Positions 38,423-47,612 of a stretch of DNA of 64,000 bases are shown piece by piece. Source of the DNA: Candidatus Saccharibacteria bacterium UBA2866 (lineage in GTDB: Bacteria > Patescibacteriota > Saccharimonadia > Saccharimonadales > Saccharimonadaceae); contig DEEY01000002.1 in assembly GCA_002350545.1 (NCBI GenBank), forward strand, positions 38,166 through 102,165, written 5' to 3'. Below the pieces are notes generated by a model. That model saw only the letters and a list, made by a program, of their open reading frames with translations, searched no databases and was not told the DNA's origin. Within the stretch, counting starts at the first letter, position 1. Each line of letters opens with the position of its first letter. Position numbers and translations under genes: made by a program.

Positions 38423-38467
38423 CCCCTGTTAATTTGACAAAATGTGAAAAAATAAGCATAAAAGGTA

Positions 38468-38496
38468 TTGACAAATCAGCCTAAGTGTGCTATACT
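38468..38496 (+). promoter_or_regulatory. Near-consensus sigma70 promoter
   Basis: TTGACA-17 bp-TATACT. Confidence 0.85.
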
Positions 38497-38563
38497 CAAA
38501 TCAAGTTAGAAAATAAAACAAACATTCTAACAAATAATAAAACAAAAACAAGGAAAAACAAAA

Positions 38564-38785
38564 ATGTCACAAACCCAAACTATCAAATTACCAAACAAAG
38601 TTATCGACTCCGAATGGCAAGACGATATCGACTACGAGCCATATGAAGACGAAAAAACTTACGTTTCACCAGATAGTATAAAAAAGGAGACGATTACAAG
38701 AATCAAGCATTCACCTATTAAACTATCTATCCGTAATATGATAGATTGGAAGAAAGTTGACGAAGAGCTTGAGCTCGCAGCCTAA
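38564..38785 (+). CDS. Small acidic hypothetical protein ending in ELELAA
   Basis: 73 aa; strong promoter, A-rich leader with AAGGA. Confidence 0.7.
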   Translation: MSQTQTIKLPNKVIDSEWQDDIDYEPYEDEKTYVSPDSIKKETITRIKHSPIKLSIRNMIDWKKVDEELELAA

Positions 38786-38977
38786 GACTAAAACCAAAAT
38801 CGCAATTAACCTAAGAAAGGAAACCAATGTAAGATAAAAAGATAAATACAAACATTTATATCAACATTAAAGAAGGAATTGTCTATAAGATAGATACCAA
38901 CTAAATTATAAATTTACCACTAGCCATAACAAATCAAACGGTGTCATTTAACGGACCTCCTAACGCACCGCAAGGGT

Positions 38978-39013
38978 AGAAAACCGAACATTGTGTTCGG
39001 TTTTCTGATTTTT
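38978..39013 (+). terminator. Intrinsic terminator
   Basis: 13-bp stem AGAAAACCGAACA-TTG-TGTTCGGTTTTCT followed by GATTTTT. Confidence 0.8.
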
Positions 39014-39105
39014 ATATCTCACTGATTACAAAACAGTTGACCCATCATTAAGGTTATGTTAAACTGAAAATAGAAAGGTCAACAAATAATAAAATAATCA
39101 ACTCT

Positions 39106-39435
39106 ATGGACAACTTACTCATAGATCGAGAAACCTTGGGCAGGTTTGTCGATGAACTTATTAAGAAAAAATCGCTAGAGGGCAATAACCCAGAAGAGTT
39201 AAATGCCTTAAGGGAAAAATCTATCAAGGAACTTGATGATAAAATTGCTCTAGCTATCTTTGGCGGTTTAAGTGAACAACAAGACGAAGAGCTCAATCAA
39301 CTCCTCGACCGCCCAGACACTTCAGAAACCGAATTCCAACAATTTTTCGAAAGAAATGGGCTCAATGTCGAAGAAGCTGTTTCTAGCACTGTCAAAAACT
39401 TTGGCAGAGAGTTTTTAGGAGGTGAAAATGTCTGA
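39106..39435 (+). CDS. Small acidic helical protein (DUF5663-like)
   Basis: 109 aa; ELDDKIALAIFGGLSEQQDEEL pattern. Confidence 0.55.
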   Translation: MDNLLIDRETLGRFVDELIKKKSLEGNNPEELNALREKSIKELDDKIALAIFGGLSEQQDEELNQLLDRPDTSETEFQQFFERNGLNVEEAVSSTVKNFGREFLGGENV

Positions 39436-40963
39436 ATCAGAATTCACAAGCTTTAACAATACTGCGGATAACCCATGGGCAAATGCAGAGATGGATGTAA
39501 GAAACGAAGCAGAGGAAACCTCGAAAGAAGTTGAAAAAAACGAGCCTAGCTTAGCAAACCGCATCAAAAACGAAATGACCTTATCTGAAATTAACGAACT
39601 TGATATCAAGAATCTCCCAGAAGATGAGTATGCTGCTGTTAAAGAACGTATCAAGTATTATCGTGAAACTGGCGATGCTGGTCCAATTAAAGCTTCGGCC
39701 AATGAATCGGTCGACACGACCGAAGTAAATCTCCCTCCCAAAGTCCAAGAGACCAAAGAAAAGGCCGCCAAACATTCTGGCTTTAATCGTTTCATCAACA
39801 ACGCCACAGAAGTTGTCAAAGACCCGAAAAAGCTTGCTGCAATTGGCCTAACAGCTATGATTGCTACTGGCGCTGCCATAGGTGGTTATCAAGTCGGCAA
39901 GAGTCTCAACAGCAATGCCGAAACAAAACCTGATAAACAAATCGAAGAACAAGAAAAAGCCGAAACCGAAATTGGCATCAAAGATGGTTACGGCGAAAAA
40001 GGCATGTATCTATCTGAAAACAAACCATCAGAACTTTCTTTCGGTTCAGCCGTTGAAGTGGCCGAAGTTTGTGACGGTGATGAATGTGAAATGGTCAAGT
40101 ATACCGCCGAAAACCAAGTTGAGTCCATGGCCTCCTATCTTGCAAATCTTCCAAAGGAACTACAACCAGAAGGCTTCAAAGGTCTTACTATTGCCGAAAC
40201 AGAGCAAAAGCTCGAAAGCCTTAGTGATGAGGAATACGAAAAAGTCCAACAAGAGTTTAACAATGCCATCGACCAAGCCTTCACTCGCAGAATAAAAGTT
40301 GAAGGTCGACGAGCAAACGTCTTAATGAACAAGCAAGACGTTTCTGGCGATACGAATTACGAGAACATGAAGGCTGTCAAATGCGAAACTACCGAAAATG
40401 CAATCATGCTACAACTATTCTGGACTAAAGATAACAACGCAAATAGTCCTGAAATCGGCTCCATGGTCCTTAAAATTATCTATGATGATGACGGCAACAT
40501 CATCGGCGGCTGTATCCAGCCTCTCAATGAATTAGATAGTTCGGTACTTGATGGCCTCGAAGAAAAGCATGACACTCCAAAAGAAACTGGCGCCCCAGAT
40601 AACCCAGATACTCCAGATACCCCAGACACTCCAGATAATCCAACCCCAGAACCAACTCCTCCAGGTGGTCATCCTGCCAAGAATGAACAAGCCGAAAGAG
40701 ATAATGCTGGTTCACGGGTAGACCAACAACCGCTTAATGAATCCAAAACCCCAAAGACTACCATAGAGCAAGACCGAAAACCAGTTCAACAAGCCCACGA
40801 ACAAGTCAGCAGTGGCAACACCGCCGGTTCATCAGCTGAAAAGCAAAAACAATCCGCTGTTGATAACAGTGAACAAACTAAGCAGAACAACCAAGAGTCC
40901 ACTTCTCACGCCAATGACTCAGCTTCTGAACGTGCCAACGACTTTGCAGAAGGGAATTATTAA
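39428..40963 (+). CDS. Acidic membrane-anchored surface protein with a Pro/Asp/Thr linker
   Basis: TM LAAIGLTAMIATGAAIGGY; PDNPDTPDTPDTPDNP tract; low-complexity tail. Confidence 0.75.
   Translation: MSESEFTSFNNTADNPWANAEMDVRNEAEETSKEVEKNEPSLANRIKNEMTLSEINELDIKNLPEDEYAAVKERIKYYRETGDAGPIKASANESVDTTEVNLPPKVQETKEKAAKHSGFNRFINNATEVVKDPKKLAAIGLTAMIATGAAIGGYQVGKSLNSNAETKPDKQIEEQEKAETEIGIKDGYGEKGMYLSENKPSELSFGSAVEVAEVCDGDECEMVKYTAENQVESMASYLANLPKELQPEGFKGLTIAETEQKLESLSDEEYEKVQQEFNNAIDQAFTRRIKVEGRRANVLMNKQDVSGDTNYENMKAVKCETTENAIMLQLFWTKDNNANSPEIGSMVLKIIYDDDGNIIGGCIQPLNELDSSVLDGLEEKHDTPKETGAPDNPDTPDTPDTPDNPTPEPTPPGGHPAKNEQAERDNAGSRVDQQPLNESKTPKTTIEQDRKPVQQAHEQVSSGNTAGSSAEKQKQSAVDNSEQTKQNNQESTSHANDSASERANDFAEGNY
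40595..40639 (+). repeat. 5 x 9-bp coding tandem repeat (CCAGAYAMN, PD[N/T])
   Basis: ccagataac ccagatact ccagatacc ccagacact ccagataat. Confidence 0.9.
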
Positions 40964-40974
40964 AAGGAGGAAAT

Positions 40975-41970
40975 ATGAGTAAAAACTTTACAAAAACGGT
41001 GGGCGTCACAACCAAATTAATAGCCACAACGCTATTATTAGCCGGTAGTTTTGCTAGCGCCGCTTCGGCTTGGGGCCCAGAACGCCCTACTTATACTAAC
41101 GAACAGCCAGCTGATTATGCAACATTCAATTCTATTACCAACAACGTAGCAGTTGGTGATGAGCGTAACTTCGTTCGTGTTGGCGAAGTTGGTTCTACTG
41201 ACCCATATCGAGACGAAATAGAAATTGTACCTGGTAAAGAATACGAGGTCTACATCTATTACCATAACGATGCTGGTTCTGACACTAATCAAAGCGGCTA
41301 CGGAATGGCTACCAATACTAGAGTATCATCGGGTTATCCGACTACCCTGAATAAAGGCGACCGTGGCATGGTTAGTGGTATCATTTCGTGGAGTTACGTC
41401 ACTCCCGAAAAACCAAACGATCCACAAACCGGTTCAGTTTGGGATGAAGCCTACCTCACTACTAATACCGATGGCGTAGTACTAAAGTTTAAAGCCTCCT
41501 CAGCAATCATTCATAACAGCGGGGCAGCTAACGGCTCAATCTTACCAACCGCTTTGTTCAGTGAAGCTGGTACCCCGATTGGTTTCAACAAACTTGCTGG
41601 CACCGTTCCGGGTTGTGCTGAGTATTCGGGCCACATTACTTATACTCTAGTAGCCGAGAAAAACGAGGATTGTACTACCAATCCTGATTTGCCAGAATGT
41701 AAGAACTGCGACACCAATCCAGAATTGCCGGAGTGTCAAAAGAAGGATTGTACCACCAACCCCGAAATGGAAGGCTGCCAAGAACTTCCGAACACCGGTC
41801 CAGTTGAAATCATCATGGCGATCATTATTATCGCGGGCATCGGTGGCGGTGGCTATTACCTCTATCGCACCAAGCGCACTTTGAAGACTGCTGAAAATGT
41901 CGCTAAAGGTGAGAGCGAAATAAAGCCAGAAGCTAAAGAAGATATTTCAAAAGAAGAACCTAAAAAATAA
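40975..41970 (+). CDS. Secreted surface protein with Cys repeats and an LPNTG sorting-like signal
   Basis: Signal peptide ASA|W; 3 x CxTNPx(L/M)xxC; LPNTG followed by TM and basic residues. Confidence 0.8.
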   Translation: MSKNFTKTVGVTTKLIATTLLLAGSFASAASAWGPERPTYTNEQPADYATFNSITNNVAVGDERNFVRVGEVGSTDPYRDEIEIVPGKEYEVYIYYHNDAGSDTNQSGYGMATNTRVSSGYPTTLNKGDRGMVSGIISWSYVTPEKPNDPQTGSVWDEAYLTTNTDGVVLKFKASSAIIHNSGAANGSILPTALFSEAGTPIGFNKLAGTVPGCAEYSGHITYTLVAEKNEDCTTNPDLPECKNCDTNPELPECQKKDCTTNPEMEGCQELPNTGPVEIIMAIIIIAGIGGGGYYLYRTKRTLKTAENVAKGESEIKPEAKEDISKEEPKK

Positions 41971-41986
41971 CCGGTAGCCTCTAACA

Positions 41987-42012
41987 GAAAAGACCCCATC
42001 TGGGGTCTTTTC
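41987..42012 (+). terminator. Intrinsic terminator
   Basis: GAAAAGACCCC-ATCT-GGGGTCTTTTC. Confidence 0.75.
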
Positions 42013-42063
42013 AAATCTGAAAAAATGTGATAAAATAATACGAGTATTAAACAAAGGAATAAT

Positions 42064-42372
42064 ATGAAAAAAGCAGTCATCCTCGTCGGTGGTAAGCAAT
42101 ACCTCGTCGAAGAAAAAGAGACCCTACGGGTGGACCTCCTCCCGTCAGGCACCAAAGAGCTCGAACTTGACGCTTTACTCGTTATTGATGGCGACAAAAC
42201 TACAGTCGGCACTCCTACAGTAAAGGGCGTAAAAGTTTCAGCCAAAGTCAAAACGCCCGAAGTTAAAGGCGACAAAATCCGCGTCATCCGCTACAAAGCA
42301 AAGAAACGCGTCCATAAAGAAACTGGCCATCGCCAGAAATACAGCGAGATCGAAATCACCAAAATCGCCTAA
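42064..42372 (+). CDS. rplU: 50S ribosomal protein bL21
   Basis: AVILVGGKQYLV, KGDKIRVIRYKAKK, GHRQKYSEIEI. Confidence 0.96.
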   Translation: MKKAVILVGGKQYLVEEKETLRVDLLPSGTKELELDALLVIDGDKTTVGTPTVKGVKVSAKVKTPEVKGDKIRVIRYKAKKRVHKETGHRQKYSEIEITKIA

Positions 42373-42376
42373 AAAC

Positions 42377-42567
42377 AAATAACTCCATAAGTGAGCATTT
42401 GACAAACCCAGTTAATTTTTACAACTTTTCCTCATCCGAGGCGAGTAAAGTTGCCGAGCGAAGCTGAAAGCTTCGCGAGCTAGCAACTTGATCGAGACGA
42501 GGATAGAGTGAAATGTTGTAATAAATTAACATGGCGTGAAGTCAAGCGCGAACGAGTGGAGTTATTT
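42377..42567. repeat. About 190-bp imperfect palindrome between rplU and parA
   Basis: AAATAACTCCA/TGGAGTTATTT, TTACAAC/GTTGTAA, AAGTTGC/GCAACTT, CGAAGCT-GAA-AGCTTCG. Confidence 0.8.
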
Positions 42568-42603
42568 ATTTTTAAAACTATTTGTGTTATAATCTTAAGT
42601 ATT

Positions 42604-43374
42604 ATGGCGAAGGTAATCTGTGTAACAAATCAAAAGGGCGGCGTAGGGAAGACCACCACTGCTGTCAACGTATCATATTACCTCGCTAAGCAAAAATTCA
42701 AAACACTTTTAATTGATTTTGACCCTCAAGGCAACGCCACTTCTGGCCTCGGCATCGATAAAAACGACAAATCCTTAGGTGTTACCATGACCGAAGTCCT
42801 ACTTGGCACCGCTACTTTAGCAAATGCTGTCCGTTCTACAAAATACAAGAACTTTGATCTTGCGCCTGCCACCCCTGAACTTGCCAATGCTGAAGTCGAA
42901 ATTACCACCCAGAACAAAAAATTTACTCGCTTGCGTGATGCTCTCCAAACTATAGCCTCAAATTACGATTATATTATTATTGACTCGCCGCCGTCTTTGT
43001 CGCTACTAACAGTGAACGGCATGATTGCTAGCAACTATCTTCTTATCCCAGTCCAAACTGAATTCTACGCACTAGAAGGCGTTGCTCAACTTCTCGAATC
43101 CATGAAACTAGTCATGAAGCAAGCCAACCCTAACCTTAGGTTGCTAGGCGTGGTCGCTACCATGTATGACAAGCGCACAAGCCTTTCTCCTCAAGTTTTT
43201 GCTGAAATCAAAAAATACTTTAAACAACTAGCCTTCAACACCACTATCCCGCGTAATGTTCGCGTTGCCGAAGCTCCCTCTCACGGAGTGCCAGTCGGCG
43301 CTTACGACAAATTCAGTAAAGGCTCCAAAGCTTACAAAGATTTAACCAAAGAAATTATAGAAAGGACTAAATAA
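42604..43374 (+). CDS. parA: Chromosome partitioning ATPase ParA/Soj
   Basis: NQKGGVGKTTT, DPQGNATSG, DSPPSL, IPRNVRVAEAPSHG. Confidence 0.96.
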   Translation: MAKVICVTNQKGGVGKTTTAVNVSYYLAKQKFKTLLIDFDPQGNATSGLGIDKNDKSLGVTMTEVLLGTATLANAVRSTKYKNFDLAPATPELANAEVEITTQNKKFTRLRDALQTIASNYDYIIIDSPPSLSLLTVNGMIASNYLLIPVQTEFYALEGVAQLLESMKLVMKQANPNLRLLGVVATMYDKRTSLSPQVFAEIKKYFKQLAFNTTIPRNVRVAEAPSHGVPVGAYDKFSKGSKAYKDLTKEIIERTK

Positions 43375-44213
43375 TGGCAGGACTCGGTCGTGGTTTTGAA
43401 TCACTTATCCCTACAGAGCTCATTGATGAAGAATTTGACCCTACCTCTCTAGAAGACAAAAAGGAGAGCAAGCTAAAAGAAATCAAACTCACAGATATTG
43501 TTCGTGACGAAGAGCAACCTCGCCGTGAGTTTAGCGCTGAATCTCTCGAAGCTCTAGCTGCCTCAATCAAGGAGCATGGCGTCCTTCAACCCATTGTCGT
43601 CACAAAAGAAGAGGACAAATATAAAATCGTTGCCGGCGAACGTCGCTGGCGAGCCTCCAAGATTGCCGGGCTAGAAAAAATCCCTGCCATTGTCCGTACT
43701 TTGGATGCCCAGAATCGTCTCGAGCTATCCATCATCGAGAATGCTCAACGGGAGGACCTCAACGCTATCGAGCTTGCTACCGCCTATGCTAAACTCCAAA
43801 CTCAATTCAACCTTACTCCTGAGGATATCGCCGCCAAGGTCGGCAAATCTGAACAGGCTATTAATAACACCTTAAGATTACTCACTTTACCTGACGAAGT
43901 TAAAAAAACCATGGTTAAAGAACACCTCACCGAAGGTGTAATGCGTCCACTAGTTTCCCGTGACGAGAAAACCATCAAAAAGGTTCTTCCAAAGATCGTA
44001 GCAGAGGGCTGGACCGCTCGTAAAGTTGAACGTTATTTTGCCGAAAATAAGAAAAAATCTTCTGCCACTGCTATCAAACGAAGTGCATACATTAAAGACG
44101 AAAATGCTCTCACCGCCAAATACAATACGGTCGCCGAAATCAAAGGCCGCAGCTTAACTTTCAAATGCAAATCCGATGCTGAACTCCAACAATTAATTAA
44201 AAGATTAAAATAA
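43374..44213 (+). CDS. parB: Chromosome partitioning protein ParB/Spo0J
   Basis: GLGRG, QPRREF, IVAGERRWRA, IENAQREDL. Confidence 0.96.
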   Translation: MAGLGRGFESLIPTELIDEEFDPTSLEDKKESKLKEIKLTDIVRDEEQPRREFSAESLEALAASIKEHGVLQPIVVTKEEDKYKIVAGERRWRASKIAGLEKIPAIVRTLDAQNRLELSIIENAQREDLNAIELATAYAKLQTQFNLTPEDIAAKVGKSEQAINNTLRLLTLPDEVKKTMVKEHLTEGVMRPLVSRDEKTIKKVLPKIVAEGWTARKVERYFAENKKKSSATAIKRSAYIKDENALTAKYNTVAEIKGRSLTFKCKSDAELQQLIKRLK

Positions 44214-44218
44214 TATTT

Positions 44219-44899
44219 TTAGAATGTTCTGATTTTATCAAGCGGGAATAATCGCAGAATTACTGGTCCAACAATCCGGCAATAGGGAATTGTACCAAGA
44301 CCATTTCTTGAATCCCACGAGTTTGAGCCTTCACGGTTATCACCAGATACGAACAATTCACCTTCCGGCACGACCATATCTACCTCACCAGAGGTGAACT
44401 CTTTTGGCCCATCATTCTCTGATACACGCCACTCTGCATCATAAACAATTCCTTCCGAAGATTCTGCATCTGGATAAATTTTCATTTCACCGTCTTTTAC
44501 TGTAACTCTTTCGCCAGGGAATGCAATCACGCGCTTAATGATATACTGGTCATTCACGTTAGATGGGACATTACAGGTCATTGGATTGTTCACTCCAGCT
44601 GCCTTATATTCTGCCACCTTTTCTTCATCTTCGTTTAAGAACACAATGATTTGACCCCGTTCCGGTACATACTCTTGACCAGTAAAATGAGCCCAGCTTA
44701 CTGCCGCTCGGTTTACAATTACTCGGTCGTCTCCGTGCAGAGTATTCTCCATACTTCCGCCTACCACATTATATGAACGGTAAATAAAAGTATTTAAAAA
44801 TAGCGTACCCAGTACAATTGCGATAATAAAACCACTTAAATTCAGCAAATCTTTTAGCAAAGGGTGCTTTTGAAAAAATTTCGGTTCCATCTCATCCAT
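44219..44899 (-). CDS. lepB: Signal peptidase I
   Basis: GGSMENTL (Ser), IIKRVIAFPG (Lys), GDNR...DSR. Confidence 0.93.
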   Translation of the reverse strand: MDEMEPKFFQKHPLLKDLLNLSGFIIAIVLGTLFLNTFIYRSYNVVGGSMENTLHGDDRVIVNRAAVSWAHFTGQEYVPERGQIIVFLNEDEEKVAEYKAAGVNNPMTCNVPSNVNDQYIIKRVIAFPGERVTVKDGEMKIYPDAESSEGIVYDAEWRVSENDGPKEFTSGEVDMVVPEGELFVSGDNREGSNSWDSRNGLGTIPYCRIVGPVILRLFPLDKIRTF

Positions 44900-44952
44900 A
44901 CATGCTATTATATCATTTTTTAAGTTTAATTTAAATTATTTGCTATAATATA

Positions 44953-45741
44953 ATGTATATGGCAGACTATGTATTGGCGAGAAAATCTCGCAACATCGCA
45001 AGCAGCATGATTCATGTTTTTTTAAACCTCCTACTTGGAGTTGGCGCAGTTTTGGTTACAGTTTTATCAAACAGTCCAATTTTAGGTATTATTCTAGTTT
45101 TAGCTTCTAAATGGCGCGTTTTTGCTGTTCGCGCTCGCTACTTAACCCTTAATCTCAAATCCAACCTCGTAGACTTAATTGTCGGTATCAGTGTCGTACT
45201 CTTAGCCTATTATGCTGGCCCCTCATTCTTACCAGTAGATTTTATCTTAATGGCTTTTTACTCAATTTGGCTTTTGTTTATTAAGCCTCTATCTAATGAA
45301 ACCGCCGCCATGGCTCAGTCGTTAATTGCCGTATTCCTTGGTATGTCGGCTGCTGTTATTCTCTCTGCTAGCCTAAACTCAGTAGTTATCACCTTGCTGG
45401 CTTTCTTGATTGGCTATGCCGCCAGCCGTCACATCCTCATTCAAACTAGCGACAAAGATTTTACCCTTACCACTCTAGTTTGCGGTCTAGTCTTTTCCGA
45501 AATAGCTTGGCTTTGCAATTCGTGGTCCATCATCTATACCTTTGGCGCCACCGGTATCCGTATCCCGCAACTAGCTATCATCCTAACCATTTTTGCCTTC
45601 GTCTATAATTATGCTCGTCAAGCAATGATTAAATACCAAGCCGATTTTCGTTTCAAACATATTGTTGGTCCGGTTATTTTTGGCGCGGCACTCGTCGCCG
45701 TAATTGTACTATTATTTAGTAACCCAATATTTAATATCTAA
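44953..45741 (+). CDS. Polytopic membrane hypothetical protein
   Basis: About 8 hydrophobic segments. Confidence 0.75.
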   Translation: MYMADYVLARKSRNIASSMIHVFLNLLLGVGAVLVTVLSNSPILGIILVLASKWRVFAVRARYLTLNLKSNLVDLIVGISVVLLAYYAGPSFLPVDFILMAFYSIWLLFIKPLSNETAAMAQSLIAVFLGMSAAVILSASLNSVVITLLAFLIGYAASRHILIQTSDKDFTLTTLVCGLVFSEIAWLCNSWSIIYTFGATGIRIPQLAIILTIFAFVYNYARQAMIKYQADFRFKHIVGPVIFGAALVAVIVLLFSNPIFNI

Positions 45742-45750
45742 GGAGGTATA

Positions 45751-46986
45751 ATGAAAGAAGAAGAAAAGGGCGAAATTGTTGAAGCCGAAATTAAAACAAC
45801 CGTTGAAGAGTCACCAATAGAAACCAAAGAAAACGAGAAACCAGAACACTCTTCAGAGTGCTGCTGTAAGAAACCTAGCAAAGCCCCAATCATTATTTCA
45901 GTAGTAGCTATTTTATTTGGTGCTGCTGGTCTTTGTTTTGGCTTTCTCGCTTTTCAAAAAAATGGTAACCCCATCACATTCTTAGGTTCAGGCGCTGATG
46001 GCAACTCTGCAAATTTCACTGAAGGTTCCATTGCTGACATCGCAAACAAAGTTTCAAAAAGCGTGGTTTCAATCGTCACCTCTACCAAAAGCATGAACTT
46101 ATTTGGTCAAAGTACTGATTCTCAAGCTGCCGGTACCGGTATCATCGCTACCGCAGATGGCTATATTGTTACCAATAAACACGTCATCAACGGGGCTCAT
46201 AAAGTTACAGTCATTTTGGACGACGGCACCACCTACGAAGACGTCGAAGTGGTTGCCACTGATCCGCTAAACGACGTTGCTTTCCTCAAAATAAAAGACG
46301 TTTCAGATTTAACTCCAGCTACCTTGGGCGATTCTAAAACCATTACTGTAGGCCAGCAAGTTATTGCCATCGGTAACGCTTTGGGTGAATACCAAAACAC
46401 TGTTACTGCCGGTATTATCTCCGGCACCGGTCGTTCTGTTACTGCTTCTGACGGGACTGGATCCAATGTGGAAACCTTGTCTGACATGATTCAAACAGAT
46501 GCTGCTATCAACTCCGGTAACTCTGGCGGCCCTCTCGTTAACGCTGCCGGCGAAGTAATTGGTATTAATACCGCGACAAGCGCTTCCGCTGAGAACATGG
46601 GTTTTGCTATTCCAATATCCAGCGTTAAAGGTATGCTTAACCAGCTGATTGAAACTGGTAAAGCCGAACGTGCCTATCTTGGTGTTTACGCTGTCGCCAT
46701 CACTCCAGAAGCAGCTAAGGAATACAACCTACCAGTCTCTACTGGAGCCTATCTCTACAGTCCATCAGCTTATTCCGCCATCGTCAAAAACAGCCCAGCT
46801 GCTAAAGCTGGCCTTAAAGATAAAGACATCGTTACTGCGATTAATGGCGTTAAAGTTGGTGCCGCTGGTTCACTTGCCGATTTAGTTAGCGAATATAAGC
46901 CAGGTGATACTATTCAACTCACCGTTATTAGGGAAGGGAATGAGATGACGGTCAATGTAACTTTGGAAGGTTACTCTGAAAAATAA
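45751..46986 (+). CDS. htrA: HtrA/DegP serine protease with one PDZ domain
   Basis: TNKHV, NDVAFLK, DAAINSGNSGGPL; TM anchor. Confidence 0.95.
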   Translation: MKEEEKGEIVEAEIKTTVEESPIETKENEKPEHSSECCCKKPSKAPIIISVVAILFGAAGLCFGFLAFQKNGNPITFLGSGADGNSANFTEGSIADIANKVSKSVVSIVTSTKSMNLFGQSTDSQAAGTGIIATADGYIVTNKHVINGAHKVTVILDDGTTYEDVEVVATDPLNDVAFLKIKDVSDLTPATLGDSKTITVGQQVIAIGNALGEYQNTVTAGIISGTGRSVTASDGTGSNVETLSDMIQTDAAINSGNSGGPLVNAAGEVIGINTATSASAENMGFAIPISSVKGMLNQLIETGKAERAYLGVYAVAITPEAAKEYNLPVSTGAYLYSPSAYSAIVKNSPAAKAGLKDKDIVTAINGVKVGAAGSLADLVSEYKPGDTIQLTVIREGNEMTVNVTLEGYSEK

Positions 46987-47612
46987 AGGCTAAATCCTCG
47001 GGTCTCGCCTAGGGTGAGATCTTTTTCCTTTGCGTATTGAACAATTCTTTCATGTTGACATGGGTCAGCTTCGAGCACTAAATGATAAACTTCTTGCTCG
47101 ACTGCCTGATCAATTAATTTAAATATCAATTCTAGCCCTCCATCTTTTGCATAAAGAGCCAGCGCGGGCTCCTTAGAGAGAGCTTCCTTATCAACCCATT
47201 CCCAGTTTTCATCCACATATGGTAAATTTGCCACTATCAAATCGGGTTTTATCCTTACATCGTCTAGTAAATCGCTTTGTAAAAACTCCACTTCAGCCCC
47301 AAGCGCAGAAGCATTTTTCTTCGCAACCCCCAAGGCTTTATCCGAAATATCTGTCGCCACCACTTTAGCTTGAGGCAATAATAGTTTCAGTGTAACAGCT
47401 ATGCAGCCCGAACCAGTTCCCACATCTACAATCGTCAAATTCTCAGGTAGCTCAGCTTTACTCGGCTTTATACCAGGCAAAAACGGCTTCCCAACCAGGT
47501 TCAAAACCGTATCAACCATCATCTCGGTCTCGGGGCGGGGAATCAAAACGTCAGGGCTTACAAGATAGTCCCGACCATAAAAATCGACTTTATTTTGCGA
47601 GCTCTCGCTCAT
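46971..47612 (-). CDS. prmC: Release factor glutamine methyltransferase lacking the N-terminal domain
   Basis: FYGR...[23 protein letters not shown]; follows prfA. Confidence 0.85.
   Translation of the reverse strand: MSESSQNKVDFYGRDYLVSPDVLIPRPETEMMVDTVLNLVGKPFLPGIKPSKAELPENLTIVDVGTGSGCIAVTLKLLLPQAKVVATDISDKALGVAKKNASALGAEVEFLQSDLLDDVRIKPDLIVANLPYVDENWEWVDKEALSKEPALALYAKDGGLELIFKLIDQAVEQEVYHLVLEADPCQHERIVQYAKEKDLTLGETRGFSLYFSE

Noticed and set aside
38500-38563. A/AAC-rich tract as the DGR template repeat
   Set aside because: It has no similarity to the fixed positions of 598-723 and is simply the A-rich leader of the small gene.
38564-38785. LAA-ending ORF as the tmRNA tag
   Set aside because: No tRNA-like 5' or 3' ends or CCA, and the ORF has its own ATG and is far longer than a tag.
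39037-39064. dif-like site TTGACCCATCA-TTAAGG-TTATGTTAAAC
   Set aside because: Only the XerD-type arm matches well. The other arm is poor, and such an AT-rich match is plausible by chance in 64 kb.
42377-44213. Canonical parS next to parAB
   Set aside because: No TGTTNCACGTGAAACA-like palindrome was seen.
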